Shown here: positions 15,821-24,725 of the stretch, piece by piece
Numbering within the stretch: the stretch's first letter is position 1
Layout: each line of letters opens with the position of its first letter
From: a virus
Direction: 5' to 3' (one strand)
Virus record (IMG/VR): IMGVR_UViG_3300027666_000002
Length of the DNA stretch: 59,017 bases
Notes under the pieces: model-generated
The model's input: only the letters and a program-made list of their open reading frames with translations
Databases searched by the model: none
Told to the model about the DNA's origin: nothing
Position numbers and translations under genes: made by a program

Positions 15821-16278
15821 TGCGGCCTACCTCCCCATCCGTGCCTACGGATGCTGTCGCCGATGGTTTCCGGGCTATCCGGACGCTGATCTTGGCTTGG
15901 TTGAGCCGAGTTCTGTTCCTGTGTGGACTGTCGCATACTGGCGGACAGCTCGGACAGGGCCGCGCCGAACGGGTCGTGCGGCTGGGCGATCGCACGCACC
16001 ATGGCGCTGATGCCGTCTTCGATGTGGTCGCGGGCGCGCACGCACCAGCGCACGTCCACGCCGGGCCGCAGGCGCACCGAGGCCCAGACGCGGGCTATCT
16101 GCTCCTGCAGCGCCTTGATGGCGTTGATGGTGTCGACGTCGTCGGCCGGCAGGTCGCGGTAGCCGCGTACGCCCTGCGCGGTGGGGCTGGGCCCGTAGCT
16201 CGGCTGGCCGGCTGGCTCGGTTGGCGGTTCGTCGACTGGGCGAATGGGTTGACCGTGCCCGTCGGTCAGGTACGTCAT
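15817..16278 (-). CDS. hypothetical protein
   Basis: ATG at 16278 overlaps the upstream TGA (ATGA). N-terminal part of ORF-track 15817..16467 trimmed. Confidence 0.65.
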   Translation of the reverse strand: MTYLTDGHGQPIRPVDEPPTEPAGQPSYGPSPTAQGVRGYRDLPADDVDTINAIKALQEQIARVWASVRLRPGVDVRWCVRARDHIEDGISAMVRAIAQPHDPFGAALSELSASMRQSTQEQNSAQPSQDQRPDSPETIGDSIRRHGWGGRPQ

Positions 16279-16643
16279 CCGGTGCTCCTCAGCTTGGCCA
16301 GCGTGTCGAGGGCCTGCGTCCAGTTGCTGAAGCGGACACCCCGGTCGTCGAGGTAGACCCAGGCGGGCAGCTTGCGGTTGGTCACGAGCAGGGTGCCCAT
16401 CTCGTCCCAGAAGAGCAGGCCTGGCGAGTCGAGTCGCACTCGGAAGCCGCCGCGTTCCTGCAGCCACATGGCGACGGACTGCGGGTCGCGAGCGGTGAAG
16501 ATCATGGTTGGACCTTCGGCCATCAGCTTGCGCAGGCCGTCGAACGCGCCGGGGATCTCGTCACCGTAGATGGTGCCGTCCTTCCATCCCTGGTCGTAGG
16601 TGTGGACGACGCCGTCAAAGTCGACGGCGGTTGCGCTAGCCAC
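16275..16643 (-). CDS. HAD-superfamily phosphatase / nucleotidase-like protein
   Basis: 122 aa. HAD motifs DFDGVVH (I), IFTAR (II), NRK (III), YLDDRG (IV). RBS GAGGTGA. Confidence 0.7.
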   Translation of the reverse strand: MASATAVDFDGVVHTYDQGWKDGTIYGDEIPGAFDGLRKLMAEGPTMIFTARDPQSVAMWLQERGGFRVRLDSPGLLFWDEMGTLLVTNRKLPAWVYLDDRGVRFSNWTQALDTLAKLRSTG

Positions 16644-16739
16644 GGTCGGTCACCTCGGATGTCTGTTTGCAGTCGGGAATGCCAGCACGGGGGCACGCGC
16701 CGTCCCCTACCGTATTCATCGGACCTTTGCCGCTGCGGA

Positions 16740-16832
16740 TCACCACGGCGCCCCGTTCGCGGCCATGAACGTCAGGCCCATCAGCGCCAGGAAGACCACC
16801 AGCACGAGAGCGCTCTTCAGCCACATCATCAT
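16740..16832 (-). CDS. very small membrane peptide (30 aa)
   Basis: Hand-found MMMWLKSALVLVVFLALMGLTFMAANGAPW with GGGGAGG upstream. Confidence 0.35.
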   Translation of the reverse strand: MMMWLKSALVLVVFLALMGLTFMAANGAPW

Positions 16833-16916
16833 CGCTTCGGCCTCCCCTCGGGCTTCTTGATGATCCGCAAGGGGGCCTTCTCGTCGGCCTCCCAACGCTT
16901 CTGAATCGACTCGGGC

Positions 16917-19900
16917 CTACCGCTCCCAGGGGTCGTCGCCGTTGCGGGCATGGCTGGTCACCTCCACATCCACGTTCCGGATGCCGTTCGCGTCCTTGCC
17001 GTGGTCAGCGACCACGCGCAGCGTGAAGCCGCGTCCGCCGAGCAGCTCCGCCTCGGGACTGGCACTGGTCAGCGGCTGGTCGGCCGGGGCGAAGCCTGAC
17101 AGTTTGAGCATCGGCGCGCCCTTGCCGACCTTGATGTTCATGACCAGGCCGCCGTCCGGGGAGTCGGTGTGCTCGGCGAAGTCCTGGGCGATGCGCGGGT
17201 CCGCCGAGGTGGACAGGTAGGCGTCGTCGATCCACTCCAGGCCGGTTAGGTCGCCGTCGATCAGGTCGCCCATGATCGCTCGCGGGTTCTTGATTCCCCG
17301 GTACACGATGACGTCGCTGGTCAGCTTGGACTTGCCGATGGCGGAGTCGATCTTCTCGACGGCTTCGCGCAGGAAGGATCCGCTGCCGTTGCGCAGGTAG
17401 CCGTTGGTGTTGGAGTAGGCGACGCCCTTGTATTGCTGCACCTGGTCGCGTTCGCTGTCGATCCCGATCAGGCCGTTGACCTGCAGCTTGGCGTCGTTGA
17501 TGTCGAGTGGCGCGGCGGCCAGCGCGGCTTCCCCGGTCTTCGCCGTGGTGGGCCTCGCCTTGACGACCTGGGGGGCGAACAGGTCGCCGGAGTGGGTGCC
17601 ACCTTCCAGGTACTCGCGCTGCAGCGCCTCCAGCTCGCCCTGATTCACATCCTGCGGGGAGAACACGGCCGTCGGGGTGCCGCCACCCTCCGGCAGGGCG
17701 TAGACGGTCATGTAGCTGCACAGGCAGCCGTTGTGGTCCCCGACGTAGAAGCGGGGCCCGATCCACGCGTACTCGGGACTGGTGGCCAGCACGTCGTCCG
17801 ACCAGGACAGGAAGCGCTGGCCGTCGAGGCTCTCGTGCGGGGGGAACGTGTTGCGCGGCAGGTAGCCGTAGCGCCACTCCAGCCCGACGTGGATGGCTCC
17901 ACGGTCACCGAGCGCACCGCGCACGGTGGAGCCGGAGCCGAGGCCGGCGACCGGCGTGCCCTCGTGCTGGCTGTCGCCGCCGATCTCGGCGAGCGCGTCA
18001 CGGACCAGGCGGGGTGGGATGTCGAACTCGGGTATCTCACCCTGCGGGGGCTCGGGGGCGTCGAACAGGGTCTTCTCCAGGTAGGCGTCCAGGCCGTCTT
18101 CGAGGTGGGCCCACGCGGTGTCGATGCGGGCTTCCATCTCGGCGCGCATCGACCGGGTCACGGCCTGACCTTCGATGCTGTCGGCGCGCAGCTTCAGCAT
18201 GCGCAGGACGCGACGGGTCACCTTGTTGATGCCTTCCCCGACCCACTGCCGGAACTTGCCGGACACGGCCTGCCAGGCCCCGGAGAGGAGGAAGCGCTGG
18301 TCGGCGTTGAGCTTCAGGCATTCGTCACGGCCGATGTGTGCGGCCCAGGCGCCCACGGGTAGCTGGCGCAGCTCGGCGCGCAGCGTGTCGGCCAGCCTCG
18401 GACTGGTGGCCTTCGAGCGCAGGCGGTTGCCGGCGACGCGCAGGGCTTCCTTGGCTGCCTTGTCGGCTGCCTGCAGGATCTGCTCGCGCAGCGCGGTGTC
18501 GATGTCGGCCAGGTCGCGGGCGGCTGTCTCATCGACCCGGTAGCCGTCCGTGACCGGGACGAGGCCATTCTGCAGGTTCGCGCGGCTGGCCAGCATCGGC
18601 CAGGTGTTGACCGGCCCGGCGAACGCGCACTGCGCGTGTCCCAGCTTGCCTCCACCGCACGGACAGATCACCTGGTTGTCGCCTCGGAACGGCTCGGGCA
18701 GGCCCAGGAGGGCGGCGTGGGCGCTCGGGCTGGACACGCAGGCGCCAGCCTGGTCGAGGCCGGAGCCGCAGGCGCACACGCCCGAGTAGCCGTACAGGCG
18801 GGCCCGCTGATCTGGGGTGAGCGCGCTGGCGGCGATGCCGTCGGGCGCGGTCTTCGGCACGCCGGTGCCACCCGTGCCGGTCGGGTCGGGTGCCGCCTGA
18901 CCGTCGGGGGGCACCGTGGCGCGGGCAGGCGGAAGCTGTGCGATCGGCGTCGGTTCGCCCAGGGTCGGGGGCAGGTCCTCGACTCCGTCTTCGCGAGCGG
19001 CCCAGGCCAGGATGGCGGCCGCCGTGGACTGGTCGATGCCGTTCTTGGCGGCGATGAGCTGCAGCGCCTCCTCTGAGGTGGGCGCGTCGCCGTCGTTGAA
19101 ACCGAGCGCCTCACGGCCAGCCTTCGGTCCGATGAGGATGCGGTCCAGCGCGTCGAGGGCGTCCTGTCGACGGTTGGGGTTCTCGGTGATCTGGCCGGCG
19201 TCGTACCAGATGCGAACGCGGCGGATCTCCTCCGGCGGGAAGCCTTGCTTGGCGAGCGCGGCACGCAGGAACGAGCTGGTGAGGGAATCCACCATCAACC
19301 GGATGGAGGGCTCCAGGTGGTGGCGGAAGGTGCTGTTGTCGATCTGCCAGGCGGACCAGTGGTTGGCGTCGGCCATGCCGGTGAGGATCTCGGGCGGGAT
19401 GTCGAGGCTGTTAGCCATGCGTCCGAGGGCTCGGGACAGCTTGTCGGCCAGGTCGCCGGAGTCGGCGCGCTCGAACTTCTCGTAGCGGACGGCCTCGATC
19501 TCCTCGGCGGTGCCGGTCTGCACGAGCGGCACGACGGAGCCGGGCTCGCCTTCGTTGGCGATCGGAGCGAGCATCGCGGCGGTGAAGTCGGCCATCCACT
19601 GCTGGCGGCGTTCGAGCGGGGTGTTGGCGTCTTCGCGGGTGTTGCGCTGTTCGGCCATCGAGGACGGCATGAACAGGACGCCGTTGCGCATGATGCGGGA
19701 GCGGGACACGGAGCGCTGCTCGCGGCCGTACAGGCAGATCTCTTCGAGCAGGTCCTGCATGGCGTTCAACGCCGAGTCGCCGAGGTGCGGGTAGGCGGGG
19801 TGTTCGATCCAGAGCCGGTACAGCTCTTCGGTGTCGAGGTCGATGCGGCGCGGCTGCCCGAGTTCGTTCTTGACGGTGAGCTGGGAGCCTTGCACGTCGA

Positions 19901-20474
19901 TGGCCTCGACGGAGCGGATCTTCCACACCTCCTCATTGGTGATCTTGTCGGTGAAGCCGTGCAGCCAGCAGTCTCCGGCAACGTCGTAGTTTTCCGACCA
20001 GATGCCGAGGAAGCTGTAGCCGGAGTCGAGGGGGAGCCGGTCCAGTTCGTCCTCGGCGGCCCGACACAGCTCCTCGGAGAGGGTGACGCGGCTGGCCTTC
20101 TCGGTGTCCTTGTCGTTGCGCATGGACACGGGGATGGGCTCATCGTCATCGTCGATGATCTCGGCGGCGTAGAACCTAACCTTGCTGATCGCGTTGGCGC
20201 GGAAGCGAAGGGCCTGCCGGAGCTCGGGCACCATGTCGCGGTAGCGCCAGGCGAGGCCTTGCCAGGGCTGGCGGTTGCCGGCGACGATGCGCAGGTTCTC
20301 CGCGCTCATGCGAACGATCTTGATGCCGGCGGCGCGCAGAATGGACGGATTGGCTCGGGCGTCCTTGACCCGGTCGAACGTGGCGCCCAAGTAGCTGAGC
20401 TGGTCATCGCTGAGGCCTAGGCCTCGGGCGGGCTGCCGGTCGACAACGTCGGCTAGCTGGCGCCAGCGGTTCAT
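16917..20474 (-). CDS. portal - MuF-like head morphogenesis - ADP-ribosyltransferase fusion protein
   Basis: Single uninterrupted ORF; ATG at 20474 with AAGGAG upstream. Portal-like N-terminal ~480 aa. MuF signature HESLDGQRF...GDHNGCLCSY. C-terminal R-S-E ART motifs YSNTNGYLRNG, VYRG, YLSTS, PEAELL. Confidence 0.8.
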   Translation of the reverse strand: MNRWRQLADVVDRQPARGLGLSDDQLSYLGATFDRVKDARANPSILRAAGIKIVRMSAENLRIVAGNRQPWQGLAWRYRDMVPELRQALRFRANAISKVRFYAAEIIDDDDEPIPVSMRNDKDTEKASRVTLSEELCRAAEDELDRLPLDSGYSFLGIWSENYDVAGDCWLHGFTDKITNEEVWKIRSVEAIDVQGSQLTVKNELGQPRRIDLDTEELYRLWIEHPAYPHLGDSALNAMQDLLEEICLYGREQRSVSRSRIMRNGVLFMPSSMAEQRNTREDANTPLERRQQWMADFTAAMLAPIANEGEPGSVVPLVQTGTAEEIEAVRYEKFERADSGDLADKLSRALGRMANSLDIPPEILTGMADANHWSAWQIDNSTFRHHLEPSIRLMVDSLTSSFLRAALAKQGFPPEEIRRVRIWYDAGQITENPNRRQDALDALDRILIGPKAGREALGFNDGDAPTSEEALQLIAAKNGIDQSTAAAILAWAAREDGVEDLPPTLGEPTPIAQLPPARATVPPDGQAAPDPTGTGGTGVPKTAPDGIAASALTPDQRARLYGYSGVCACGSGLDQAGACVSSPSAHAALLGLPEPFRGDNQVICPCGGGKLGHAQCAFAGPVNTWPMLASRANLQNGLVPVTDGYRVDETAARDLADIDTALREQILQAADKAAKEALRVAGNRLRSKATSPRLADTLRAELRQLPVGAWAAHIGRDECLKLNADQRFLLSGAWQAVSGKFRQWVGEGINKVTRRVLRMLKLRADSIEGQAVTRSMRAEMEARIDTAWAHLEDGLDAYLEKTLFDAPEPPQGEIPEFDIPPRLVRDALAEIGGDSQHEGTPVAGLGSGSTVRGALGDRGAIHVGLEWRYGYLPRNTFPPHESLDGQRFLSWSDDVLATSPEYAWIGPRFYVGDHNGCLCSYMTVYALPEGGGTPTAVFSPQDVNQGELEALQREYLEGGTHSGDLFAPQVVKARPTTAKTGEAALAAAPLDINDAKLQVNGLIGIDSERDQVQQYKGVAYSNTNGYLRNGSGSFLREAVEKIDSAIGKSKLTSDVIVYRGIKNPRAIMGDLIDGDLTGLEWIDDAYLSTSADPRIAQDFAEHTDSPDGGLVMNIKVGKGAPMLKLSGFAPADQPLTSASPEAELLGGRGFTLRVVADHGKDANGIRNVDVEVTSHARNGDDPWER

Positions 20475-20525
20475 GGGCCGCTCCTTTCGCACTGCCTGAT
20501 GATGGGGTACAGGTCGGTTTCGGCT

Positions 20526-20909
20526 CTACTCGGCGAGCGAGGCGAGCAGACCGGCCACAGTGGAGAAGGCGAGCGGGACGGCGAGCCACAGCCACCAGGT
20601 GCCGGTGGCGGCGAGCACGGCGACCACCGGGGCGATCCACATGGACATGCACCAGGGGCAGTGGAGCAGGTAGGACAGCGGCGCCTGACCGTCGTAGACA
20701 GACACCTTGTGAGCGATGATGCCGCGTCCGGCGAAGCGTTCGGTGAGCGGCGCCGCGTTGGGGGCATATCGGTCGTTGGCCCACTCGGCGACACGCTTAC
20801 GCAGGACGCCGAACGGGAAGGCGTCAATGGTGACGAGTCGGGCGAGGCGCGTGACGGCGAGCGCGGACACGATCAGCACGGCCGGGTGGGTGAGCAGGTC
20901 GAGGTGCAC
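20526..20909 (-). CDS. DUF1360-like membrane protein
   Basis: GTG at 20909, 2 nt after the upstream TGA. VTRLARLVTIDAFPF...CPWCMSMWIA motif recalled from DUF1360. TM segments. Confidence 0.65.
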   Translation of the reverse strand: MHLDLLTHPAVLIVSALAVTRLARLVTIDAFPFGVLRKRVAEWANDRYAPNAAPLTERFAGRGIIAHKVSVYDGQAPLSYLLHCPWCMSMWIAPVVAVLAATGTWWLWLAVPLAFSTVAGLLASLAE

Positions 20910-20911
20910 GG

Positions 20912-21568
20912 TCAGCGTCCTTCGGCAGGGACGCTGGGGAGAGTCAGGGCGGTCTCCCAGGTGATGCGGTTCCGGGACCAGTCGGGCAGCCAATGCTTCA
21001 TGCGGGAGCCGCAGCCACAGCCGCCCGAAGGCTGGACGATGACCTTGCCGACGGAGGTCATGATGGGGATGCCGGCGTTGCGCGCCGTGGTGCCGGTGAC
21101 GGGCTTCACGGTCTCGTCCCACAGAACAACCGCGTACCGGTCGGGCTGGGCGCCGTCGGTGAACGTCTCGGGCTCGGTGGGCCGCTTCTTGTAGACGTAC
21201 AGGCCCTGCGGGGTGAGGAACACCTTGCACAGGTTGAGCACCATGTCCTCACCGGGCCAGCGCACGAAGGCGGGGAACCACCGATCGATGACGGCGGTGG
21301 GGATGGGGATGCGCGTCAGCGCCTTCAGCGTGCGCACGGTCTCCGGACTGACGTTGCTGGCGTCCACGTCGTAGCTGACCGACCGGATGGGCGCGGGCGC
21401 CTCGAAGTACTCGGGCACCTCGGGAGACAGCTCGATGGTGACGTTGGTGTCCGGCAGGATGCGACGGTCCGCAAGCCGTGGCGCACCGTCCTCGCCCAAC
21501 GGCGTCAGCGTGATCCCGGTGGCCTTCACGGTGGTGTTGTCGCTGGTCTTACGTCGGCGCGCTGGCAT
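20912..21568 (-). CDS. hypothetical protein
   Basis: ATG at 21568 with AGGAGG 6 nt upstream (trimmed from ORF-track start 21607). Confidence 0.7.
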   Translation of the reverse strand: MPARRRKTSDNTTVKATGITLTPLGEDGAPRLADRRILPDTNVTIELSPEVPEYFEAPAPIRSVSYDVDASNVSPETVRTLKALTRIPIPTAVIDRWFPAFVRWPGEDMVLNLCKVFLTPQGLYVYKKRPTEPETFTDGAQPDRYAVVLWDETVKPVTGTTARNAGIPIMTSVGKVIVQPSGGCGCGSRMKHWLPDWSRNRITWETALTLPSVPAEGR

Positions 21569-21618
21569 GGAAGCCTCCTGATGACGGGCGGCGTGCGTGT
21601 CCGCCATGCTACAAGACT

Positions 21619-21652
21619 GGACCCCCGACCGTCGTGGGGTAGTCGGGGGTCC
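21619..21652 (-). terminator. stem-loop terminator closing the small-ORF island
   Basis: 11-bp perfect inverted repeat ggacccccgac (21619..21629) / gtcgggggtcc (21642..21652), downstream of the stop at 21730. Confidence 0.6.
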
Positions 21653-21729
21653 AAATGCGCGGGGTCAGGCTCCCTGACCAATTCCGTGCGGGGTGAGTTC
21701 CTTTGGGGAACTGTCTGCCTGTGTGACGG

Positions 21730-22344
21730 TCAGTCGGTGGCGCCGTCGATGGTGGCTTCTTCGTCGGAGCGCCAGGTTCCGGGTGGTGGTGGTTGGGCGT
21801 TCTTGGTGGGGAGTGTGACGTAGCGGCGGTGGCATTCGCTGCGGCTGGTGTCGCAGGCTCGCGGGTAGCAGGTGGGACAGCTGTCGATGAGGTTGACGGT
21901 GAGGGGAGCGGCGTCGGTCCAGTGGTCGGGCATGCCGTCGGGGCTGGGACCGGTAAGGGCCGCCTGCGGGATGTCGAGGGCTCTGGCGAGATGTTCCCTG
22001 GTGTCTGCGTGCTCTTGTTCGCTGTCGTCCTCGGCGGTGAGGCCGGCGGTCTTCATGGCTGCGGCGAGTGCGCGGAAGGCCTGGATGGCGTTGGCCATCG
22101 CGGTGTGCACGTCCTGCAGGTTGGTCAGGTTGCTTGACGGTGGGGTTTCGGGCATGGCGTCCTCGACGGGTGGGCGTTGGCTGCCGATGCAGCGGGTGAC
22201 GGTGGTTTTGCCACCGATCTTGAGTCGGTGGGTGACGATCAGGCGGTGAGTGTCGATCACCTGCGAGGTGAGGCAGTAGTTGCAGGTGGCACGCGGCCTG
22301 GGCCCGTAGGTCCAGCCGGTGCGCTGGTGGTGTCGGCCGCTCAT
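21730..22344 (-). CDS. hypothetical protein
   Basis: ATGA overlap at 22341..22344. 3' part of ORF-track 21730..22788. Confidence 0.65.
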   Translation of the reverse strand: MSGRHHQRTGWTYGPRPRATCNYCLTSQVIDTHRLIVTHRLKIGGKTTVTRCIGSQRPPVEDAMPETPPSSNLTNLQDVHTAMANAIQAFRALAAAMKTAGLTAEDDSEQEHADTREHLARALDIPQAALTGPSPDGMPDHWTDAAPLTVNLIDSCPTCYPRACDTSRSECHRRYVTLPTKNAQPPPPGTWRSDEEATIDGATD

Positions 22345-22541
22345 GTCTCGGGTTCCTCGGCGGGACACAGGTGGCGGGTGCTGGTGGCGGTCCAGCCGGC
22401 GGGCTCGGCGACTTCGGTCCAGGTGCGACACATGGCGTGGAACTGGGTTTCGCCGGGGTTGAGGTCGGTCCGGATGTACTTGGGGCAGTCGTCGCCGTTG
22501 CAGGTGAGCCTGACGCTGTAGATGGACGTCACCCAGGTCAT
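22341..22541 (-). CDS. hypothetical protein (66 aa, Cys-containing)
   Basis: ATGA overlap at 22538..22541. 3' part of ORF-track 22341..22847. Confidence 0.6.
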   Translation of the reverse strand: MTWVTSIYSVRLTCNGDDCPKYIRTDLNPGETQFHAMCRTWTEVAEPAGWTATSTRHLCPAEEPET

Positions 22542-22813
22542 GACTGCTCGCAGGCGATGCCGGCGCGGTCCTGGTCGAGCTGCAGGCCGTAGCCTGCCTC
22601 GCCCTCGCGCAGGGGTGCCGCGCCTGCCGAGCTGGCGGCCGCGCAGCTTCGGAACGGGTTGTCGGTGTCGTCGCATCCGGACAGCGCCACGGCGAGCAGG
22701 AAGGCCAGGACGAGGGCGGCGACCTTGCCGGCGCGGAGGTTGCCGGCGTTGCAGACCGGGCAGGGCTCCTTCTTGCCGTGCAGTCCACACCAGCCCGGTT
22801 TGAGTGCGGTCAC
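22538..22813 (-). CDS. putative lipoprotein
   Basis: GTGA overlap at 22810..22813. The sequence ...RAGKVAALVLAFLLAVALSGCDD gives a hydrophobic h-region plus lipobox LSGC. Confidence 0.5.
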   Translation of the reverse strand: MTALKPGWCGLHGKKEPCPVCNAGNLRAGKVAALVLAFLLAVALSGCDDTDNPFRSCAAASSAGAAPLREGEAGYGLQLDQDRAGIACEQS

Positions 22814-23082
22814 TTCGCGCTCCTGGGCGCCACGCCGAAGCGGGCATGGTTGACGGCGGTGGCCATCAGGCCGACGCCTACCCAGCCGATGAAGGCGACG
22901 GAGAGCGGCAGCCACCAGGGGCTGATGAACAGGGCGCCGAGGCCACCGCCGAGCACGGCGGCGCCGGTGAGCGCACCCATGGCGGTGGCGTTGGCCTTGC
23001 GTTTGCGGGCTTCGGTCAGCTCGGCACTGGTGGCATAGATGCCGGGCTTGAGACTGACGGGTTGCCGGGCAGGCTCGTTCAT
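22810..23082 (-). CDS. membrane protein
   Basis: 90-aa ORF, RBS GAGGAG. Gly/Ala-rich TM segments (GALTGAAVLGGGLGALFISPWWLPLSVAFIGWVGVGLMA). Confidence 0.7.
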   Translation of the reverse strand: MNEPARQPVSLKPGIYATSAELTEARKRKANATAMGALTGAAVLGGGLGALFISPWWLPLSVAFIGWVGVGLMATAVNHARFGVAPRSAK

Positions 23083-23110
23083 GATCGTTTCTCCTCGGGT
23101 CGGTCCAAGA

Positions 23111-23323
23111 TCACTTCGGTTGCAGGATCCAGGTGTGCTCGATCTTCTGCTCGCCGTCGCGCTGCAAGGTGACAGTCAGCTCGGCGCGGATCGCGTTCCC
23201 GCTGGCGGCGTTGCGCACCTCGGTGACATCCCAGCCGAAGTAGGCGTCGATGCCGTCGTTGTAGTCGGCGCCCGCACCCTCGCCAGCCTCGGAGAGCTGC
23301 TGCAGCAGTTCGCTCGGGGTCAC
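23111..23323 (-). CDS. hypothetical protein
   Basis: 70-aa ORF. GTGA overlap with the upstream stop. Confidence 0.65.
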   Translation of the reverse strand: MTPSELLQQLSEAGEGAGADYNDGIDAYFGWDVTEVRNAASGNAIRAELTVTLQRDGEQKIEHTWILQPK

Positions 23324-23547
23324 GACGTCATCGCCTCATCCTGATCGAGCCGGGCCAAGGCGAGCCGCAGGAACGCGCGCAGAACGGCGCGATCCCGGTC
23401 GGAGTCGACCCTGGCCGCCACGTCCCCCGACAGGTCGCACACGATCGGGCGGTCGGGTTGGGTCGAAGCCGCCACGAACAGCAGCGCGTCGGCGCGCGGC
23501 AGTTGGAGGTGGACGGCCGACTCCACGTCCGGACGGTCGCCCATCAC
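23320..23547 (-). CDS. hypothetical protein
   Basis: GTGA overlap at 23544..23547 (ATG at 23544 is also in frame). 3' part of ORF-track 23320..23820. Confidence 0.55.
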   Translation of the reverse strand: MMGDRPDVESAVHLQLPRADALLFVAASTQPDRPIVCDLSGDVAARVDSDRDRAVLRAFLRLALARLDQDEAMTS

Positions 23548-23945
23548 GCCACCACCGGGAACTGGTTGGCCGACGCCGCTCGCAGCTCGCGGCCACCCGA
23601 CCGGCTCGGCACCGTGTAGTTGGCGACGATGCGGGCCAGCTCGACGCCGTACCGGTACACGTACAGGGTGCCTCGGTCGAACATGTAGGACCACGGCGTG
23701 CCCACGCTGTCGGTACGGGACGTCCACGGCCAGGTGGTGTGGTTGACCAGCTGGGCGACCTCGGCGCGGTAGGTGTCGTCGGTGACCGGTTCGTTGTCGA
23801 GGGACTGGAAGAGCAGCCACACGTCGATGTCCTCGGGTGCCGCGTTGACGGCGGTCACGCTGCCCAGGTACTCGGCGTTCTCGCCACGACCCAGGTAGAA
23901 GTCCGCCTGCTGGTTGACGCCGAGCGAGCGCTTGTCGGTGCTCAT
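23544..23945 (-). CDS. hypothetical protein
   Basis: ATGA overlap at 23942..23945. 3' part of ORF-track 23544..24221. Confidence 0.65.
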   Translation of the reverse strand: MSTDKRSLGVNQQADFYLGRGENAEYLGSVTAVNAAPEDIDVWLLFQSLDNEPVTDDTYRAEVAQLVNHTTWPWTSRTDSVGTPWSYMFDRGTLYVYRYGVELARIVANYTVPSRSGGRELRAASANQFPVVA

Positions 23946-24286
23946 CGCTGGTGCCTTTCGTGAAGTCGGGGGATGCCGGGACTGCAGAGGGGGCAGTCGC
24001 AGCGGGGTGGCCGGTGTTCGTTCAGGTTGTGGATGACCGCCCGCGCAGCCTCGTATTGGCGGGTGCCGGAGCCGTGCTGGGCGAGCTGCTGACCCCACCA
24101 GGTGAGCGTGGTCAGCCAGTGCACGTAGGCCGCGTGGGCGACCTGCTGGCGCCTGTGGTCGCGGCGCGCCTTGACGGTGTCCACGAGCCGGCGGCCACCG
24201 GGGGTGCACCAGATGGCCCATGCCAGGGCGGCGAGGCCGGACAGGCCGCCTGCGACCTGTCCGAACGCCTGCTGTGTCGCGCTCAT
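23942..24286 (-). CDS. hypothetical protein (N-terminal TM, C-terminal CDCPLC)
   Basis: 114-aa ORF starting 4 nt after the upstream stop. Confidence 0.65.
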   Translation of the reverse strand: MSATQQAFGQVAGGLSGLAALAWAIWCTPGGRRLVDTVKARRDHRRQQVAHAAYVHWLTTLTWWGQQLAQHGSGTRQYEAARAVIHNLNEHRPPRCDCPLCSPGIPRLHERHQR

Positions 24287-24289
24287 CGA

Positions 24290-24640
24290 TCAGTCCGTGA
24301 TGTACACGGCCACGCGGTACGTGGCGTGGTCCGTGTCGAGCAGGGACACCTCGACGTTGCGGCGGCCGTCGACCTCGACCGGCCAGGCGACCTCACGCAC
24401 GAGCAGCCAGCCGCAGGGCTGCGCCTCGGCGCGCACCCGCAGGGCGTGGTTGCGTGCTGGCTGGCCGGGGAACACCATGTCGACGGTGATGGTCTCGTCC
24501 TGGACCAGCGCTGCGGCCACGCGGGGCGGCAGGCGAAGCTGGTCGTCCTCGATGTCGGCGTCGGTGATGCGGATGACGGCGGTGACGTGCGAGTCCTGCA
24601 CGTAGGTGAACTGGGGCATTGCCTGCAGGTTCTCGATCAT
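24290..24640 (-). CDS. hypothetical protein
   Basis: 116-aa ORF behind a promoter/leader cassette. Confidence 0.8.
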   Translation of the reverse strand: MIENLQAMPQFTYVQDSHVTAVIRITDADIEDDQLRLPPRVAAALVQDETITVDMVFPGQPARNHALRVRAEAQPCGWLLVREVAWPVEVDGRRNVEVSLLDTDHATYRVAVYITD

Positions 24641-24646
24641 GATCTG

Positions 24647-24721
24647 GGTCCTTCCCGAAGGTTGTTCCGAATGAGGTAAGACTACCCCGGACGGCAGTGG
24701 GTGTCAAACCGTCCGGGGTAG
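24647..24721 (-). promoter_or_regulatory. phage promoter + leader cassette embedded in a 13-bp hairpin
   Basis: Minus strand: TTGACA (24707..24702), 17 nt, TAGTCT (24684..24679). Arms 24709..24721 / 24682..24694 (CTACCCCGGACGG/CCGTCCGGGGTAG). GGAACAACC (24668..24660), GGGAAGGACC (24656..24647). Confidence 0.75.
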
Positions 24722-24725
24722 TCCC

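Noticed and set aside
21619-21652. Hairpin GGACCCCCGAC...GTCGGGGGTCC with CTACCCCAC in the loop as another promoter cassette
   Set aside because: It has no TTGACA-like hexamer at the right distance and no TAnnnT. I treat it as a plain terminator, though the downstream ATCAGGAGGCTTCC-ATG faintly resembles the conserved leader.
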